Of a DNA stretch of 64,000 nt, positions 47,642-58,119 are shown piece by piece. This DNA is from Bacillota bacterium (GTDB lineage Bacteria > Bacillota > SHA-98 > UBA4971). The DNA is taken from contig DUSX01000034.1 of NCBI GenBank assembly GCA_012842395.1, positions 388,650 through 452,649 of the forward strand, in the 5' to 3' direction. The notes beneath the pieces are model-generated. The model was not told the origin of the DNA. It saw only the letters and a list, made by a program, of their open reading frames with translations, and did not search any database. The translations under genes and the position numbers were made by a program. Position 1 is the stretch's first letter. Each line of letters opens with the position of its first letter.

Positions 47642-48068
47642 GCTGCATCTGCACCTCCTCGGCTACTCAGGTGGACTCGTCCCCGCTTCACACCACGAGC
47701 GGCACCGCGCCGCGTGCCCGCGTCCCCGCGTCCCGATGGGATGCTCGGCGATCCGCGGCCGGCCCGGGCGCTCTCACTAGTCAGTGTATTCTGCCCGGCC
47801 TGTCCGATTCCTGCCCTTGGCTGCGCGGGCGGGCCGCACCCACTTCCCCTGCGTCCCTTCTGGGCCGTCCCGGTTCACGATGCGCTGCGCCTGATCTGAC
47901 AGTGCGGGCGTGGTGAATGGATGGCGTCCAGTGGCTGAGCATCCAATGGCTGGCCGAACACAACAACGAGAAAACGAGGAAAGCCCTGCCTCACAGGCAA
48001 GGCTATCACAGAAGCAGGCATTATGTCAACGCGGGGCAGCTGTCAGTTTCTGTAACAACGAGGAGACT

Positions 48069-49766
48069 CTAGCAACCTGCAGACACGCCTGCAGCAACTG
48101 CCTGCTGAGGCCGGGTGCCGGTCCCAAGACACCCTGAGAGCGTCCCTGTCTCGACGACCATCGCCGCCTGTACCACCTCTTCGATGCGGTCCACAGGCAC
48201 GACGGTGATGTCTTCCCTCCCGCCGAAGCTCTCCTGCCAGTTGTCGCGCGGGATCAGGACTTTCTTGGCCCCGGCCAACGCCGCGGCCTCGACTTTGGCC
48301 ACGATCCCGCCGACTGGCTTCACATAGCCCCGTATTGACACCTCTCCGGTCATGGCCAGTTCGTTGTCCACAGCACTCTGGGTGATGGCCGAGTAGATAG
48401 CCGTCACGATGGCCACCCCTGCCGAAGGCCCGTCGAGCGGGATCCCTCCCGGGAAGTTCACGTGGATGTCGTAGTCCTCCGGCCTTACCGCGAGGAACTT
48501 GCGCAGGACGGTGATGACGTTCTCCACGGAGCCCCTCGCCATGCTCTTCCGCCGCATTATCCGCCCGGTCTCGCCCATCTCCTCCTCGTCGATGAGGCCG
48601 GTCGTGATGACTTTGCCAGTGCCTCTCTCCACGGGCACGGCTGTGGCCTCGATCTCCACGAGCATCCCATTCATCGCGCCGTACACAGCAAGCCCGTTTG
48701 CGTACCCGACTTGAGGAGCCGAGGGAACCTTCTTGAAAGGCCTCGGCGAGTACTGACCCGAATTCACCACCCACTCCACGTCCGCCCTGGTGACGACCTG
48801 CCGCCCTGATGTGAGCGCGGCGCCACCCGCGATCTGAAGGATGTTCACGGCGTCGCGCCCGTTGGAGGCGTATTTCTTAATGACCTCGAGCGCGCCCGTC
48901 TCTAGCACGAAGCCAGCTTTCTGAGCCGCGTTCGCGGCGATGATCCCGACCTCGTCCGGGGTCAGGGCCCTGAAGAAGACCTCGATGCACCTGCTCCGGA
49001 TCGCCGGCGGGATCTCCTCCGGAGACCTCGTAGTCGCGCCGACCAGGCGGAAATCCGCCGGGAGGCCGTTCTGGAATATGTCGTGGATGTGCTGTGGGAT
49101 ATTCGGGTCCTCCGAACTATAGTAGGCGCTCTCCAGGAAGACCTTTCTGTCCTCAAGCACTTTCAGCAGCTTGTTTATCTGAACTGGATGAAGCTCGCCG
49201 ATCTCGTCAATGAAGAGGATGCCGCCGTGGGCCTTCGTCACCGCCCCTGGCTTGGGCTGCGGGATGCCCGCTATCCCCAGCGGACCAGCGCCCTGGTATA
49301 TGGGGTCGTGGACCGATCCTATCAAGGGGTCCGCTATCCCCCGGTCGTCGAATCTGGAGGTGGCGCCGTCCACCTCAACGAACTTCGCCCACTGCTTGAA
49401 AGGCGAGCGCGGGTTCTTCTTTGCCTCCTCCAGAACGACCCTTGCAGCGGCTGTCTTGCCCACACCCGGGGGTCCGTACATTATCACATGTTGCGGGTTG
49501 GGTCCACAGAGAGCAGCCCGCAACGCCCGGAGCCCCTCCTCTTGCCCAATGATATCCTTGAGCGTCGTAGGCCGGGTTTTCTCTGACAATGGCTCCGTGA
49601 GGGATATGCTCCGCAGCTTTTGGAGCTTCTCCATCTCCTTGCGGGACTCCCGGTCCACAGCGATCCTGTTCCCCTGCTGCGTTCTCAGGAGGTTCCAGAA
49701 GTACAGGCCTATGACGATCCCGAAGAAGAGGTTGATGAGCCCGAACACGTTGCTTGCGAAGTCCAT
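48069..49766 (-). CDS. lonB: Membrane-anchored Lon-like protease LonB (sporulation-associated paralog)
   Basis: N-terminal TM (FGLINLFFGIVIGLYFWNLL). AAA+ …[16 protein letters not shown]… Protease …DGPSAGVAIVTAIYSAITQ… Follows clpX as in the Bacillus tig-clpX-lonB-lonA arrangement. Confidence 0.8.
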   Translation of the reverse strand: MDFASNVFGLINLFFGIVIGLYFWNLLRTQQGNRIAVDRESRKEMEKLQKLRSISLTEPLSEKTRPTTLKDIIGQEEGLRALRAALCGPNPQHVIMYGPPGVGKTAAARVVLEEAKKNPRSPFKQWAKFVEVDGATSRFDDRGIADPLIGSVHDPIYQGAGPLGIAGIPQPKPGAVTKAHGGILFIDEIGELHPVQINKLLKVLEDRKVFLESAYYSSEDPNIPQHIHDIFQNGLPADFRLVGATTRSPEEIPPAIRSRCIEVFFRALTPDEVGIIAANAAQKAGFVLETGALEVIKKYASNGRDAVNILQIAGGAALTSGRQVVTRADVEWVVNSGQYSPRPFKKVPSAPQVGYANGLAVYGAMNGMLVEIEATAVPVERGTGKVITTGLIDEEEMGETGRIMRRKSMARGSVENVITVLRKFLAVRPEDYDIHVNFPGGIPLDGPSAGVAIVTAIYSAITQSAVDNELAMTGEVSIRGYVKPVGGIVAKVEAAALAGAKKVLIPRDNWQESFGGREDITVVPVDRIEEVVQAAMVVETGTLSGCLGTGTRPQQAVAAGVSAGC

Positions 49767-49927
49767 GGGAAAGCCGCCTCTGCCATGCTGGATGGGTGTT
49801 TCTCACGCTTATTATGTCCATGGCGCCAGCGCTTAAGTGCAAGGCCAAAACATCAAAAAGAAAGGAGGCCTTTGCCAGGCCTCCCGTCACAACCCAGAGG
49901 AGCCAGACAACGTGGCCCCCTGTCTTG

Positions 49928-51193
49928 CTATGCGGTTTCTTCCCTTTTCTTCGCCGTCTTCCGCTCCTGCAACACCAAGGTAGGCTTCGCCAGGCCCTCC
50001 ACCACTTCCTTGGTCACGACGACCTTCTTGACATCTGTCCGTGATGGGACCTCGTACATGATGTCGAGCATGATCTTCTCCAGGATGGAGCGCAGCCCCC
50101 TCGCCCCGGTGTTGCGCGTTATGGCCTGCTTGGCCACGGCCACGAGCGCATCCTCGGTGATCTCTAGCTCCACGCCGTCCAGCTCGAACATCCTCTTGTA
50201 CTGCTTCGCAAGCGCATTCCTCGGTTCTGTGAGTATCCTCACGAGGGCGCGCTCGTCGAGAGCGTCAAGCGGCACCACCACGGGCAGCCTGCCTATGAAC
50301 TCGGGAATGAGCCCGAACTTGAGGAGGTCTTCAGGCATGACCTGCCTCAGGATATCGCCGATGTTCGCATCGACCTTGGGCCGGAGTTCCGCCCCGAAGC
50401 CGAGCGTTTTCTTTCCTATTCGGTTCTGTATGATCTTCTCAAGCCCCTCGAATGCTCCCCCGCATATGAACAAGATGTTCGTCGTGTCTATCTGGATGAA
50501 CTCCTGGTGCGGGTGTTTTCGACCACCCTGCGGAGGGACGCTCGCGATCGTGCCCTCGAGGATCTTCAGGAGAGCCTGTTGCACGCCCTCGCCGGACACA
50601 TCGCGCGTGATCGACGGGTTCTCGGACTTCCGCGCTATCTTGTCAACCTCGTCGATGTAGACGATGCCCTTCTCAGCCTTCTCGATGTCGTAATCGGCCG
50701 CCTGGATCAGCCTGAGCAGAATGTTCTCCACGTCCTCGCCGACATAACCCGCCTCTGTGAGCGAGGTGGCGTCGGAGATCGCGAAGGGCACATTCAAGAT
50801 CTTTGCCAACGTTTGTGCGAGCAACGTCTTCCCGACGCCCGTGGGGCCGAGCAGCAGGATGTTGCTCTTCTGAAGCTCCACGTCGTCGACCCGCGCATTC
50901 GCGCCGATCCGCTTGTAATGGTTGTACACCGCCACCGCTAGGGTCTTCTTGGCATCCTCTTGGCTGATGACGTATTGATCCAGGATCTCCTTGATTTCCT
51001 TGGGCTTCGGGATGTTGCCCAATTCGACATCCGCTTCTTCGCCCAGCTCTTCCTCGATGATCTCATTGCAGAGCTCGATACACTCGTCGCAAATATAGAC
51101 GCCAGGCCCGGCTATGAGCTTCTTCACCTGATCCTGAGCCTTGCCACAAAACGAGCATTTGAGCTGGCCTTTTTCGTCGCCGAATTTGAACAC
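49928..51193 (-). CDS. clpX: ATP-dependent Clp protease ATP-binding subunit ClpX
   Basis: Zinc finger [30 protein letters not shown]. Walker [26 protein letters not shown]. Confidence 0.9.
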   Translation of the reverse strand: MFKFGDEKGQLKCSFCGKAQDQVKKLIAGPGVYICDECIELCNEIIEEELGEEADVELGNIPKPKEIKEILDQYVISQEDAKKTLAVAVYNHYKRIGANARVDDVELQKSNILLLGPTGVGKTLLAQTLAKILNVPFAISDATSLTEAGYVGEDVENILLRLIQAADYDIEKAEKGIVYIDEVDKIARKSENPSITRDVSGEGVQQALLKILEGTIASVPPQGGRKHPHQEFIQIDTTNILFICGGAFEGLEKIIQNRIGKKTLGFGAELRPKVDANIGDILRQVMPEDLLKFGLIPEFIGRLPVVVPLDALDERALVRILTEPRNALAKQYKRMFELDGVELEITEDALVAVAKQAITRNTGARGLRSILEKIMLDIMYEVPSRTDVKKVVVTKEVVEGLAKPTLVLQERKTAKKREETA

Positions 51194-51204
51194 CCTACCA
51201 CCCC

Positions 51205-51792
51205 CTACTTCTTCTTGGTCCTGAAGATCTCGTCTACGATGCCGTAAGCCTTCGCCTCCTCAGCCGACATGAAGAAATTCCTGTCTGTATCCGCCGCTAT
51301 CTTCTCCATGGGCTGTCCTGTATGCTTCGCCAGGATCTGCTGTGTTATCTCGCGCAGCTTGACGATCTCCCTCGCCTGTATCTCGATGTCGGTGGCCTGA
51401 CCCTGGGCTCCACCAAGCGGCTGATGGATCATCACTCTTGAGTATGGGAGTGCGTACCTCTTGCCCTTCGTGCCCGCCGCCAGGAGGAGCGCCCCCATGC
51501 TGGCGGCCATGCCGATACACGTGGTGGCGACATCAGGCTTGATGTACTGCATCGTGTCGTATATGGCCAGCCCGGACGTGACCACGCCGCCAGGGCTGTT
51601 GATATAAAGGTTGATGTCTTTGTCCGGATCCTCTCCCTGGAGGAACAGCATCTGGGCGATGACGAGGTTTGCGACGTCATCGTCTATTGGGCCGCCGATG
51701 AAGATGATCCTGTCCTTCAGAAGCCTCGAGTATATATCGTAAGCCCGTTCCCCGCGGTTGGTCTGCTCTACGACGATCGGGACAAGATTCAC
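51205..51792 (-). CDS. clpP: ATP-dependent Clp protease proteolytic subunit ClpP
   Basis: …[76 protein letters not shown]…. Confidence 0.9.
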   Translation of the reverse strand: MNLVPIVVEQTNRGERAYDIYSRLLKDRIIFIGGPIDDDVANLVIAQMLFLQGEDPDKDINLYINSPGGVVTSGLAIYDTMQYIKPDVATTCIGMAASMGALLLAAGTKGKRYALPYSRVMIHQPLGGAQGQATDIEIQAREIVKLREITQQILAKHTGQPMEKIAADTDRNFFMSAEEAKAYGIVDEIFRTKKK

Positions 51793-51840
51793 GATCGACC
51801 CCTCCTCCCTTGCATCCTGATCATATGTCGGTTCTCGCGC

Positions 51841-53166
51841 TCACTCGCCACTGGCGTCGCCCGCGCCGCCCGCGAGCTGAACCAATCGATCTATCGTCTT
51901 CTCCCTGACTATTGTCTCTTCTATATTGTGAATACGCCCTGTCCTTGTCAAGAGTTCCCGTACCTCGTCGACGGGCCGGCCTTGACGAGATGCGATCTCG
52001 GCGATTCGCGAGTCTACTTCGTCGCGACTGGCGGCAAATCCTTCCGCCTTGCTTATGGCATCAAGCACCAGATCGGCCTTGACCAGTGCCCTAGCCTCAT
52101 CCCGATAACTTCGCCTGAGCGCTTCCTCGTCCATGCCGCACGCGTCCAGGTATCCTTCGAGCGTCATGCCCTGCTGGGCAAGGTTCTGAGTGAGATCCAT
52201 GATCATGGAGTTCACCTGACGATCCACGAGGGCCTCAGGGACATCCACCTCGGCTTCCTGCGTGATTCTATCCACGACCGCCTTTCTGTATTCCACCTCG
52301 GCCCGGCTCTGCGCCGATTTCTGAAGTCGCTCCCGGATGTCTCGCCTCATGGCGTCCAGGCTGTCGTAGCCGCCCACGGCTTTGGCGAACTCGTCATTCA
52401 CTTCAGGCAGCTTCCTGACCCGGATATCCTTGATGGTCACATGCGCCTGCGCTGGTTTTCCCGCAAAAGCCTTGTCCGGGTAAGTCTCCGGCACGGTGGT
52501 CTCGATCGCCCGCGCCTCGCCGCGCTTCAGCCCGATGAGGCCCTCACCAAGTCCTGGAAGATCCTGCTTTGGCGCTGCCTCCACGGTTAGATCCTTGCCG
52601 CCGCCTCTCACCTCAAGAGGCTTGCCGTCCGAGACGAGCTTGAGGTCCACAGTGACGAGGTCCCCCGCCTCCACGGTATCGCGGGCAACCGGCTCTGCCG
52701 TGGCCCGGTTTCTACGGAGAACCTCAATGTAACGGTCAACCTCGTCGTCGCCGACCTCGGGGACCGTCTTCTCCACCCGTATGGCGCGATAGTCCGGGAG
52801 CTTCACCTCCGGCCTCACGAGCACCTTCGCCTTGAATCTAAGCGGCTTCCCCTCTTCGATCTGCTCTATGTCGAAATCGGGCTCGTCCACGGGGTCGATG
52901 CCCGTTTGTCTCACGGCCTCCACGTACCCGGTCGGCACGAGGCGCTTCAACGCATCCTCGTACAGCGCCCCCTTGCCCAACCTCATCTCAAGGATCTGGC
53001 GCGGGACTTTGCCCTTCCGGAAACCGGGCACCGTGACGCGCTGGGCCAGCCTCCGATAGCTCTCGTTGAGCGCCCGGTCGACCTGGGCCTCATCCACCTC
53101 GATATCCAAGTGAGCGAAGTTCCCCTCTATTCTCTCCACCGCAGCCTTCACCATATTCGCCGCCAC
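51841..53166 (-). CDS. tig: Trigger factor
   Basis: …VKAAVERIEGNFAHLDIEVDEAQ…VTVPGFRKGKVPRQILEMRLG… Start is GTG at 53166, or ATG at 53154. Confidence 0.85.
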   Translation of the reverse strand: MAANMVKAAVERIEGNFAHLDIEVDEAQVDRALNESYRRLAQRVTVPGFRKGKVPRQILEMRLGKGALYEDALKRLVPTGYVEAVRQTGIDPVDEPDFDIEQIEEGKPLRFKAKVLVRPEVKLPDYRAIRVEKTVPEVGDDEVDRYIEVLRRNRATAEPVARDTVEAGDLVTVDLKLVSDGKPLEVRGGGKDLTVEAAPKQDLPGLGEGLIGLKRGEARAIETTVPETYPDKAFAGKPAQAHVTIKDIRVRKLPEVNDEFAKAVGGYDSLDAMRRDIRERLQKSAQSRAEVEYRKAVVDRITQEAEVDVPEALVDRQVNSMIMDLTQNLAQQGMTLEGYLDACGMDEEALRRSYRDEARALVKADLVLDAISKAEGFAASRDEVDSRIAEIASRQGRPVDEVRELLTRTGRIHNIEETIVREKTIDRLVQLAGGAGDASGE

Positions 53167-53874
53167 GAAGCCACGGGACCTTGCCGCCCCGGGCGATCGG
53201 CAGCCTCCCTCCTCTTCGATTGTCCTTCGTCCGCCTTCCGCCGCGGTTCAGCGCAACGCACAAAAACAATACCTCGGTAGGCGCCGATCCAGCGACCGCC
53301 GAGGCAGTGTCGTGCGACTCCTTCGGCCGTTGGTATTCTAACACGCGTGCAGGACGTTGTAAAGGCAGCCCTAGCCGACCTACCTTGCCCTGACGGGGAT
53401 CTCGTGTGCTCCTACCCGGTAGGCGGCTGGTTCGGAACTCCTAAGGCTTTCGTCCAAGTCGTCTATGCCAGCCTGCGGCTGACCCCATCGAAAGGATGTA
53501 GATGGCAGCCATCGATCGTTTTCAAGGTAGTCGCCCATGGTGGCCAGGTGCCGCCGCCACGGAGGGATTGAAAACGACAACTGAGTGCTACTTTCAAGAC
53601 AGTCGTCCGTGACGGCGGGCTGCCGCCGCCATCAAGAAGATGAGGCTAGCGACCGCCGCCCGTTTTCGGGGTAGAAAGCTGTTCCCTGTAGAAGGATATG
53701 TGACGGAGGCAGCGAAATACTTTTACGAGAATCAATATAGCCTATGTTGCATATAGCATCGAGTCATTCGAATATACAGACAACAACTTTGCGTCCTGCA
53801 ATGGGACGTGCGTGGACGCTATGATCACGGCCCTATAAGCGGTCGCTTCGGGCCGCGGGAGCGAATAGCGAGAC

Positions 53875-53914
53875 CGGCCACGCACCTGTTTAGGTGTGTG
53901 GCCGGTTATTTCGC
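53875..53914 (+). terminator. Rho-independent terminator on the plus strand in the tig/helicase intergenic region
   Basis: CCGGCCACGCACC-TGTTTA-GGTGTGTGGCCGG followed by TTATTTCG. No annotated plus-strand gene ends here. Confidence 0.45.
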
Positions 53915-54110
53915 CCCTGCAGGTCCGCGGGCACACCAATGGGATCGGGGTGAAATGGGATGGAACTCGCTCGAAGAGCAAGGCGCTGGTGGCACCGGCA
54001 GCTCATAATCAACCCGGGTCGCGTTGATTCCTGGCTCGTGAGCCTCCTCAGCATCCTCGCAACGGCTGGCATCGTAGCGGTGATCGTGCGCTTCATGGGG
54101 TAGCCGCTTG

Positions 54111-56795
54111 TCATCTTGTGTTCCGAGGCACGCCGCGAAGCCACTTGGTGACTTCCGTCGAGCCCTCTTCGCGCCACGCCCCGCCGAGCGAGGCGAGGAA
54201 GGTGAAGTACGGGCTGGGCCCACGGGGCTTTCCGTTGTTGGCCGCGTGCCCGGTAAGGAAAAGCGCCTTCCTCGCCCTGGTTATCGCGACGTAAAACACC
54301 CGACGCTCTTCCGCGCCTTTCCTTTCCTTGAGCGCGGGGTACGAGGGGAATTCATGCTCCGACAAGCCCGCCACGAAGACGATGTCGAACTCGAGCCCCT
54401 TCGCCTGGTGGACGGTGAGCACCCTCACGCGCTCGTCGTTGGGATCCAGACGATCCACGTTTCTTGCGAGCGCCACGAAGCCGAGAAGCGACTCGAGGGA
54501 CGAAAGGGCGTCCAAGTCTGCGGAATCGCGATTCTTGAAGACGCGAAGGAGCTCTTCGAGGTTGGCGAGGCGTCGCGCTCTCTCGGGGTCTCTCGCATAG
54601 TACTCGCGCAGCCCCGACTCGTTGAGCACCCGGTCGAGCAACTCGTGAGGTCGCAGTCGACCCAGTTCCCGGCGCAGCCTAGCCACCTCTTGCGCGAGAG
54701 ACGAGAACGCGGCACCTACATCCTTCACCGCGCGCATCCTTTCGGGGGCCGTGGCTCTCACGAGCGGCGCGAGACACGTGATAATGCTGCAGGTCGCCTC
54801 AACGTCGTCCGCCGCCCGATGCGTGGGCAACGCCGCCACGTTCAGCCTCCGGCACAGCGCCTCAAGGGAAAAGTCGTCACCGCCCAGAAAGCGTCGGGCC
54901 ATTTCAAGAGTATCGATGTACTCGGCGAGGCCACCCGTCCCGAGGCCCAGGCGTTGCCGGTACGCCGCGAGCATGCGCGCGTCGAAGCCCACGTTGTGCC
55001 CGACGAGCACACTGCCCGCTGCAAAACGATCGAACTCTTCGAGCGCACGCCGCGGATCCTCGCCGTTTGACGCAAGGAACGAGTCGGAAAGCCCGTGGAC
55101 CTCTTCCGACTCGCCGACGCTCACCGTGTTTCTCAAATACCGGTGGAATCGCGCTGTCGCCTTGCCCTTTTCCAACCTGACAGCCGCGAGCTCCACGATC
55201 TCGTCAGAGGCCGGGTCGAGCCCGGTGGTCTCCGTGTCGAACACGGTGACGACGCCTCCCCCGAGCGCAGCGAGGAACGTGCCAAATGGATCTCCTGTGG
55301 TAAGGGTCGATTCGGCCACCATATCGGGGAGACGCAGGCCGGCCTGTTCTGCCTCCAGAACCCGTGAAACGGTCCGGTCGCCGATGTTGCGTGGAGGACG
55401 TTGCAGGATACGCCGGAAGCTACGCCCGTCCGCTGGGCTGCAAAGGAACCGGAGGTACGCCACGGCATCCTTCACCTCCTGGCGCCGGAAGAACTCGTAT
55501 GCCTCCACGGTGAGGTGAGGAATGCCGTGTTTCTGGAGCGCTTCGGAAATGGCCGCTCCCCGGCTGTTGGCCCGGGTAAGGACGCCTATCCGCCCATACG
55601 GGACACGGCCCGCCGCGTCACCACCCGGCCCGACATTGGCGAGAGTTCGGATCTTGCGGGCGATCCAGTCCGCCTCCGCCTCGCTATCGCGCCCGAAATG
55701 CACGATCACCGGGTCTCCAACGTCGGCTGACGGGGCTGGTTGCGCCACGCCGCGCACGCTGTACTCCCGGGCCACGCACCCGGCCAAACCCACGAGCACG
55801 CGGGTCGCCCGGTGATTCCGCGTGAACGAGAAGTCCCTGGCACCCGGGAAGTCCGCACGGAAGCTGCTCAGCACTTTGTCGGGCATGGAACCCCGCCACT
55901 CATAAATGGTCTGGTCAAAATCGCCTGCAAGAACGAGGTTCCTCGAGCGCCAAGCCAGCGCTCGCACGATCTCATATTCCGAGAAGTGGGTATCCTGCAT
56001 CTCGTCCACCTGGATCATGGAGAAGCGAGATTCCCAGCGGCGCCGGATGCCGGGAACGAGTGCTAGCATCGCACGGGTGAAGTAAACGAGATCCCCGAAG
56101 TCAAAGGCATGATTGGACGCGAGCTCGCGTTGGTACTCAACGGCTAGCGTGCGGTACGCCGCGGTGAGGCCTTGAAAGACATCGTCGGCCACCGTGCCCA
56201 GCGAGAGCGCGGTATGAGGTGCCTCGCTCTTAGCTCTCTCGATGACATCATAGATGTCGGACACCTTGGGCTCGCGGTCGCCACGCCTGTACGCCGGTGC
56301 AACGACGACCGGTGCAGGAGGGCCTCCGCGCCGCGATATCTCGCCTGCCGTCCGCCTCAGGATGGATCGAAGGATCTCGGCCGAGTCTTCGTCGTCGAAG
56401 ATGGTGAAATCCGAGGGGAGGCCCATCGTCTTCGCCTCGAGTCGAAGCATCCACGCGCACAACGCGTGAAAGGTGCGGACCACGACTCTCTTCGCGCGGT
56501 CGCCGCAGTGAACCGCGACGCGCTGACGTAGCTCCTCCGCAGCCCGGTTGGTGAACGTGAGGCACAGGATGCGAGACGGCTCCACCCCGCGCCTAATCGC
56601 CTCGGCCGTCCGCTCTGCCAGGGCGAGGGTTTTGCCCGTTCCCACGGGAGCATGGAGGACCGCGCAGCCATCCTGAAACTCAACGAAGGCCCGCTGCTCG
56701 TCATCGAGCTCGATGTCTTCAGGCACGTTACGCCCCGCCGCGAGGGTCACAGCCCTTCCGGACAAGCTTCTACTAGGCATCCCCTGACCCGCCAT
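54111..56795 (-). CDS. UvrD/PcrA-family superfamily-1 helicase with an embedded DnaQ-like DEDDh 3'-5' exonuclease domain
   Basis: Helicase motifs: I APVGTGKT, Ia LCLTFTNRAAEEL, II DEMQD, III GDFDQTIYEWRGS, V VHQAKGLEFDIVFV, VI RRVFYVAITRARKALFLT. Between motifs IV and V sits an exonuclease domain: FDTETTGLD (Exo I), LVGHNVGFDARML (Exo II), THRAADDVEATCSI (Exo III, H-x4-D). Confidence 0.8.
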   Translation of the reverse strand: MAGQGMPSRSLSGRAVTLAAGRNVPEDIELDDEQRAFVEFQDGCAVLHAPVGTGKTLALAERTAEAIRRGVEPSRILCLTFTNRAAEELRQRVAVHCGDRAKRVVVRTFHALCAWMLRLEAKTMGLPSDFTIFDDEDSAEILRSILRRTAGEISRRGGPPAPVVVAPAYRRGDREPKVSDIYDVIERAKSEAPHTALSLGTVADDVFQGLTAAYRTLAVEYQRELASNHAFDFGDLVYFTRAMLALVPGIRRRWESRFSMIQVDEMQDTHFSEYEIVRALAWRSRNLVLAGDFDQTIYEWRGSMPDKVLSSFRADFPGARDFSFTRNHRATRVLVGLAGCVAREYSVRGVAQPAPSADVGDPVIVHFGRDSEAEADWIARKIRTLANVGPGGDAAGRVPYGRIGVLTRANSRGAAISEALQKHGIPHLTVEAYEFFRRQEVKDAVAYLRFLCSPADGRSFRRILQRPPRNIGDRTVSRVLEAEQAGLRLPDMVAESTLTTGDPFGTFLAALGGGVVTVFDTETTGLDPASDEIVELAAVRLEKGKATARFHRYLRNTVSVGESEEVHGLSDSFLASNGEDPRRALEEFDRFAAGSVLVGHNVGFDARMLAAYRQRLGLGTGGLAEYIDTLEMARRFLGGDDFSLEALCRRLNVAALPTHRAADDVEATCSIITCLAPLVRATAPERMRAVKDVGAAFSSLAQEVARLRRELGRLRPHELLDRVLNESGLREYYARDPERARRLANLEELLRVFKNRDSADLDALSSLESLLGFVALARNVDRLDPNDERVRVLTVHQAKGLEFDIVFVAGLSEHEFPSYPALKERKGAEERRVFYVAITRARKALFLTGHAANNGKPRGPSPYFTFLASLGGAWREEGSTEVTKWLRGVPRNTR

Positions 56796-57100
56796 CTTGC
56801 CACGCCACCTCTTCGGCAGCGCCCCGGACCCGGCCGATACCGGGAACCGGGGCCCGTTCCGTCAGCCAGAATAGCTATTGGTGGCTAACTTCGACGGGTT
56901 CTGGGGCTATCCTGCCACGGCAGGATAAATCTGCCTGAGCGCGCCACGCGTCGAGTCCGGGAGTAGTACAACTCCGAATGCCTCGGAATGACCCCAGGGC
57001 AGACGAATGCAGCCCAAAACATGAAAACAGGCGACGGTTAGGCAATGCCAACCGTCGCCTGTTTGCGTTTTCCCAGCGTACAAGCCCCGTAACAACAGGA

Positions 57101-57177
57101 TGGGGTGGATGATGGGATTCGAACCCACAGCCTCTGGAGCCACAGTCCAGCGCTCTCACCATTGAGCTACATCCACC
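57101..57177 (-). tRNA. tRNA-His (anticodon GTG), with encoded G-1 and CCA
   Basis: Reverse complement folds as G|GTGGATG|TA|GCTC|AATGGTGA|GAGC|G|CTGGA|CTGTGGC|TCCAG|AGGCT|GTGGG|TTCGAAT|CCCAT|CATCCAC|C|CCA. The extra 5' G pairs with discriminator C73, which is His-specific. Confidence 0.85.
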
Positions 57178-57284
57178 GCAAAACCTTCGTCGCCCTCATG
57201 CCGCGACACTCACAGGATACCACAGAAATCCCGACGCGTCAAGGCCGCACAGCCGCGCAGCCGCGCACGCTCGCGGCCGCGCCT

Positions 57285-58112
57285 TCATCCTTTCAGCGCA
57301 CCGGCGAGGAGCCCGCGGATGAAATAGCGCCCCAAGAGCACATACACCACAACTGTTGGCAGCGCCGTCAAAACGGACCCCGCCATCGGCAGGTTCCACG
57401 ATACTGCCTGACCGCCGGCCAAGTTGGCCAAGGCCACGGTTATGGGTTGAGAGGCGGGCCGGGCAAGCGTTACCGCGAAAAGGAACTCGTTCCATATCTG
57501 CGTGAACTGCCATATCGCCACCACGAGGAAAGGCGGGCCTGATAGCGGCAGGATAAGCCACCTGTATATACCGAAAAAGTCGGCGCCGTCGATGAACGCA
57601 GCCCCGAGGAGCTCGTCGGGGATCTCCGCATAGAAGCTGCGGAAGAGCAGCGTGGTTATGGGCAGGCCGTACACGACGTGCACCAGGACCAGGCCCGGAA
57701 GCCCCCCGTAGAGCCCGATCCCCCGCATGAACTGGAATAGAGGTACAAGGATGCTTTGGTACGGTATGAACATGCCGAACACCACGAGAGGCAACACGAA
57801 GCGGGCGCCAGGGAAGTCCCACTTGCAGAGCACGTACCCATTGATGGAGCCGAGCGCCGCAGAGAGAAGTGTGGCGCTCACAGAAAGGATTATGCTGTTC
57901 TTGAGCGACGGGGCGAAGTTCTTGACCGCCGTCACGTAGCTTTCCCAGTAAGGACGCGATGGGGGAACCCAGGCCGTCATGAGGTTTATGTCCGCGGGCG
58001 CTTTCAGGCTCGTAATCACTGTGAGGTACACAGGTATGAGGTAAACCACCGCGAGGAGCACAAGAAGCGCCTGTAAGAACCATCTGCTTACTCTTGCACT
58101 GCGCCCGTACAT
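57285..58112 (-). CDS. Carbohydrate ABC transporter permease (MalG/UgpE-like)
   Basis: Six TM helices. EAA loop [23 protein letters not shown]. Confidence 0.8.
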   Translation of the reverse strand: MYGRSARVSRWFLQALLVLLAVVYLIPVYLTVITSLKAPADINLMTAWVPPSRPYWESYVTAVKNFAPSLKNSIILSVSATLLSAALGSINGYVLCKWDFPGARFVLPLVVFGMFIPYQSILVPLFQFMRGIGLYGGLPGLVLVHVVYGLPITTLLFRSFYAEIPDELLGAAFIDGADFFGIYRWLILPLSGPPFLVVAIWQFTQIWNEFLFAVTLARPASQPITVALANLAGGQAVSWNLPMAGSVLTALPTVVVYVLLGRYFIRGLLAGALKG

Positions 58113-58119
58113 GAGTTCA

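Noticed and set aside
47642-48068. CtsR or CIRCE heat-shock operator upstream of lon
   Set aside because: Searched for GGTCAAA/TTTGACC repeats and TTAGCACTC-N9-GAGTGCTAA. Neither was found.
53690-53720. Resemblance of GGAGGCAGCGAAA to the SRP RNA domain IV motif (GGAAGCAGCCAAGG)
   Set aside because: Only a short partial match. The flanking helix 8 pairing and GNAR loop context are not evident. Left as an unassigned candidate sRNA region instead.
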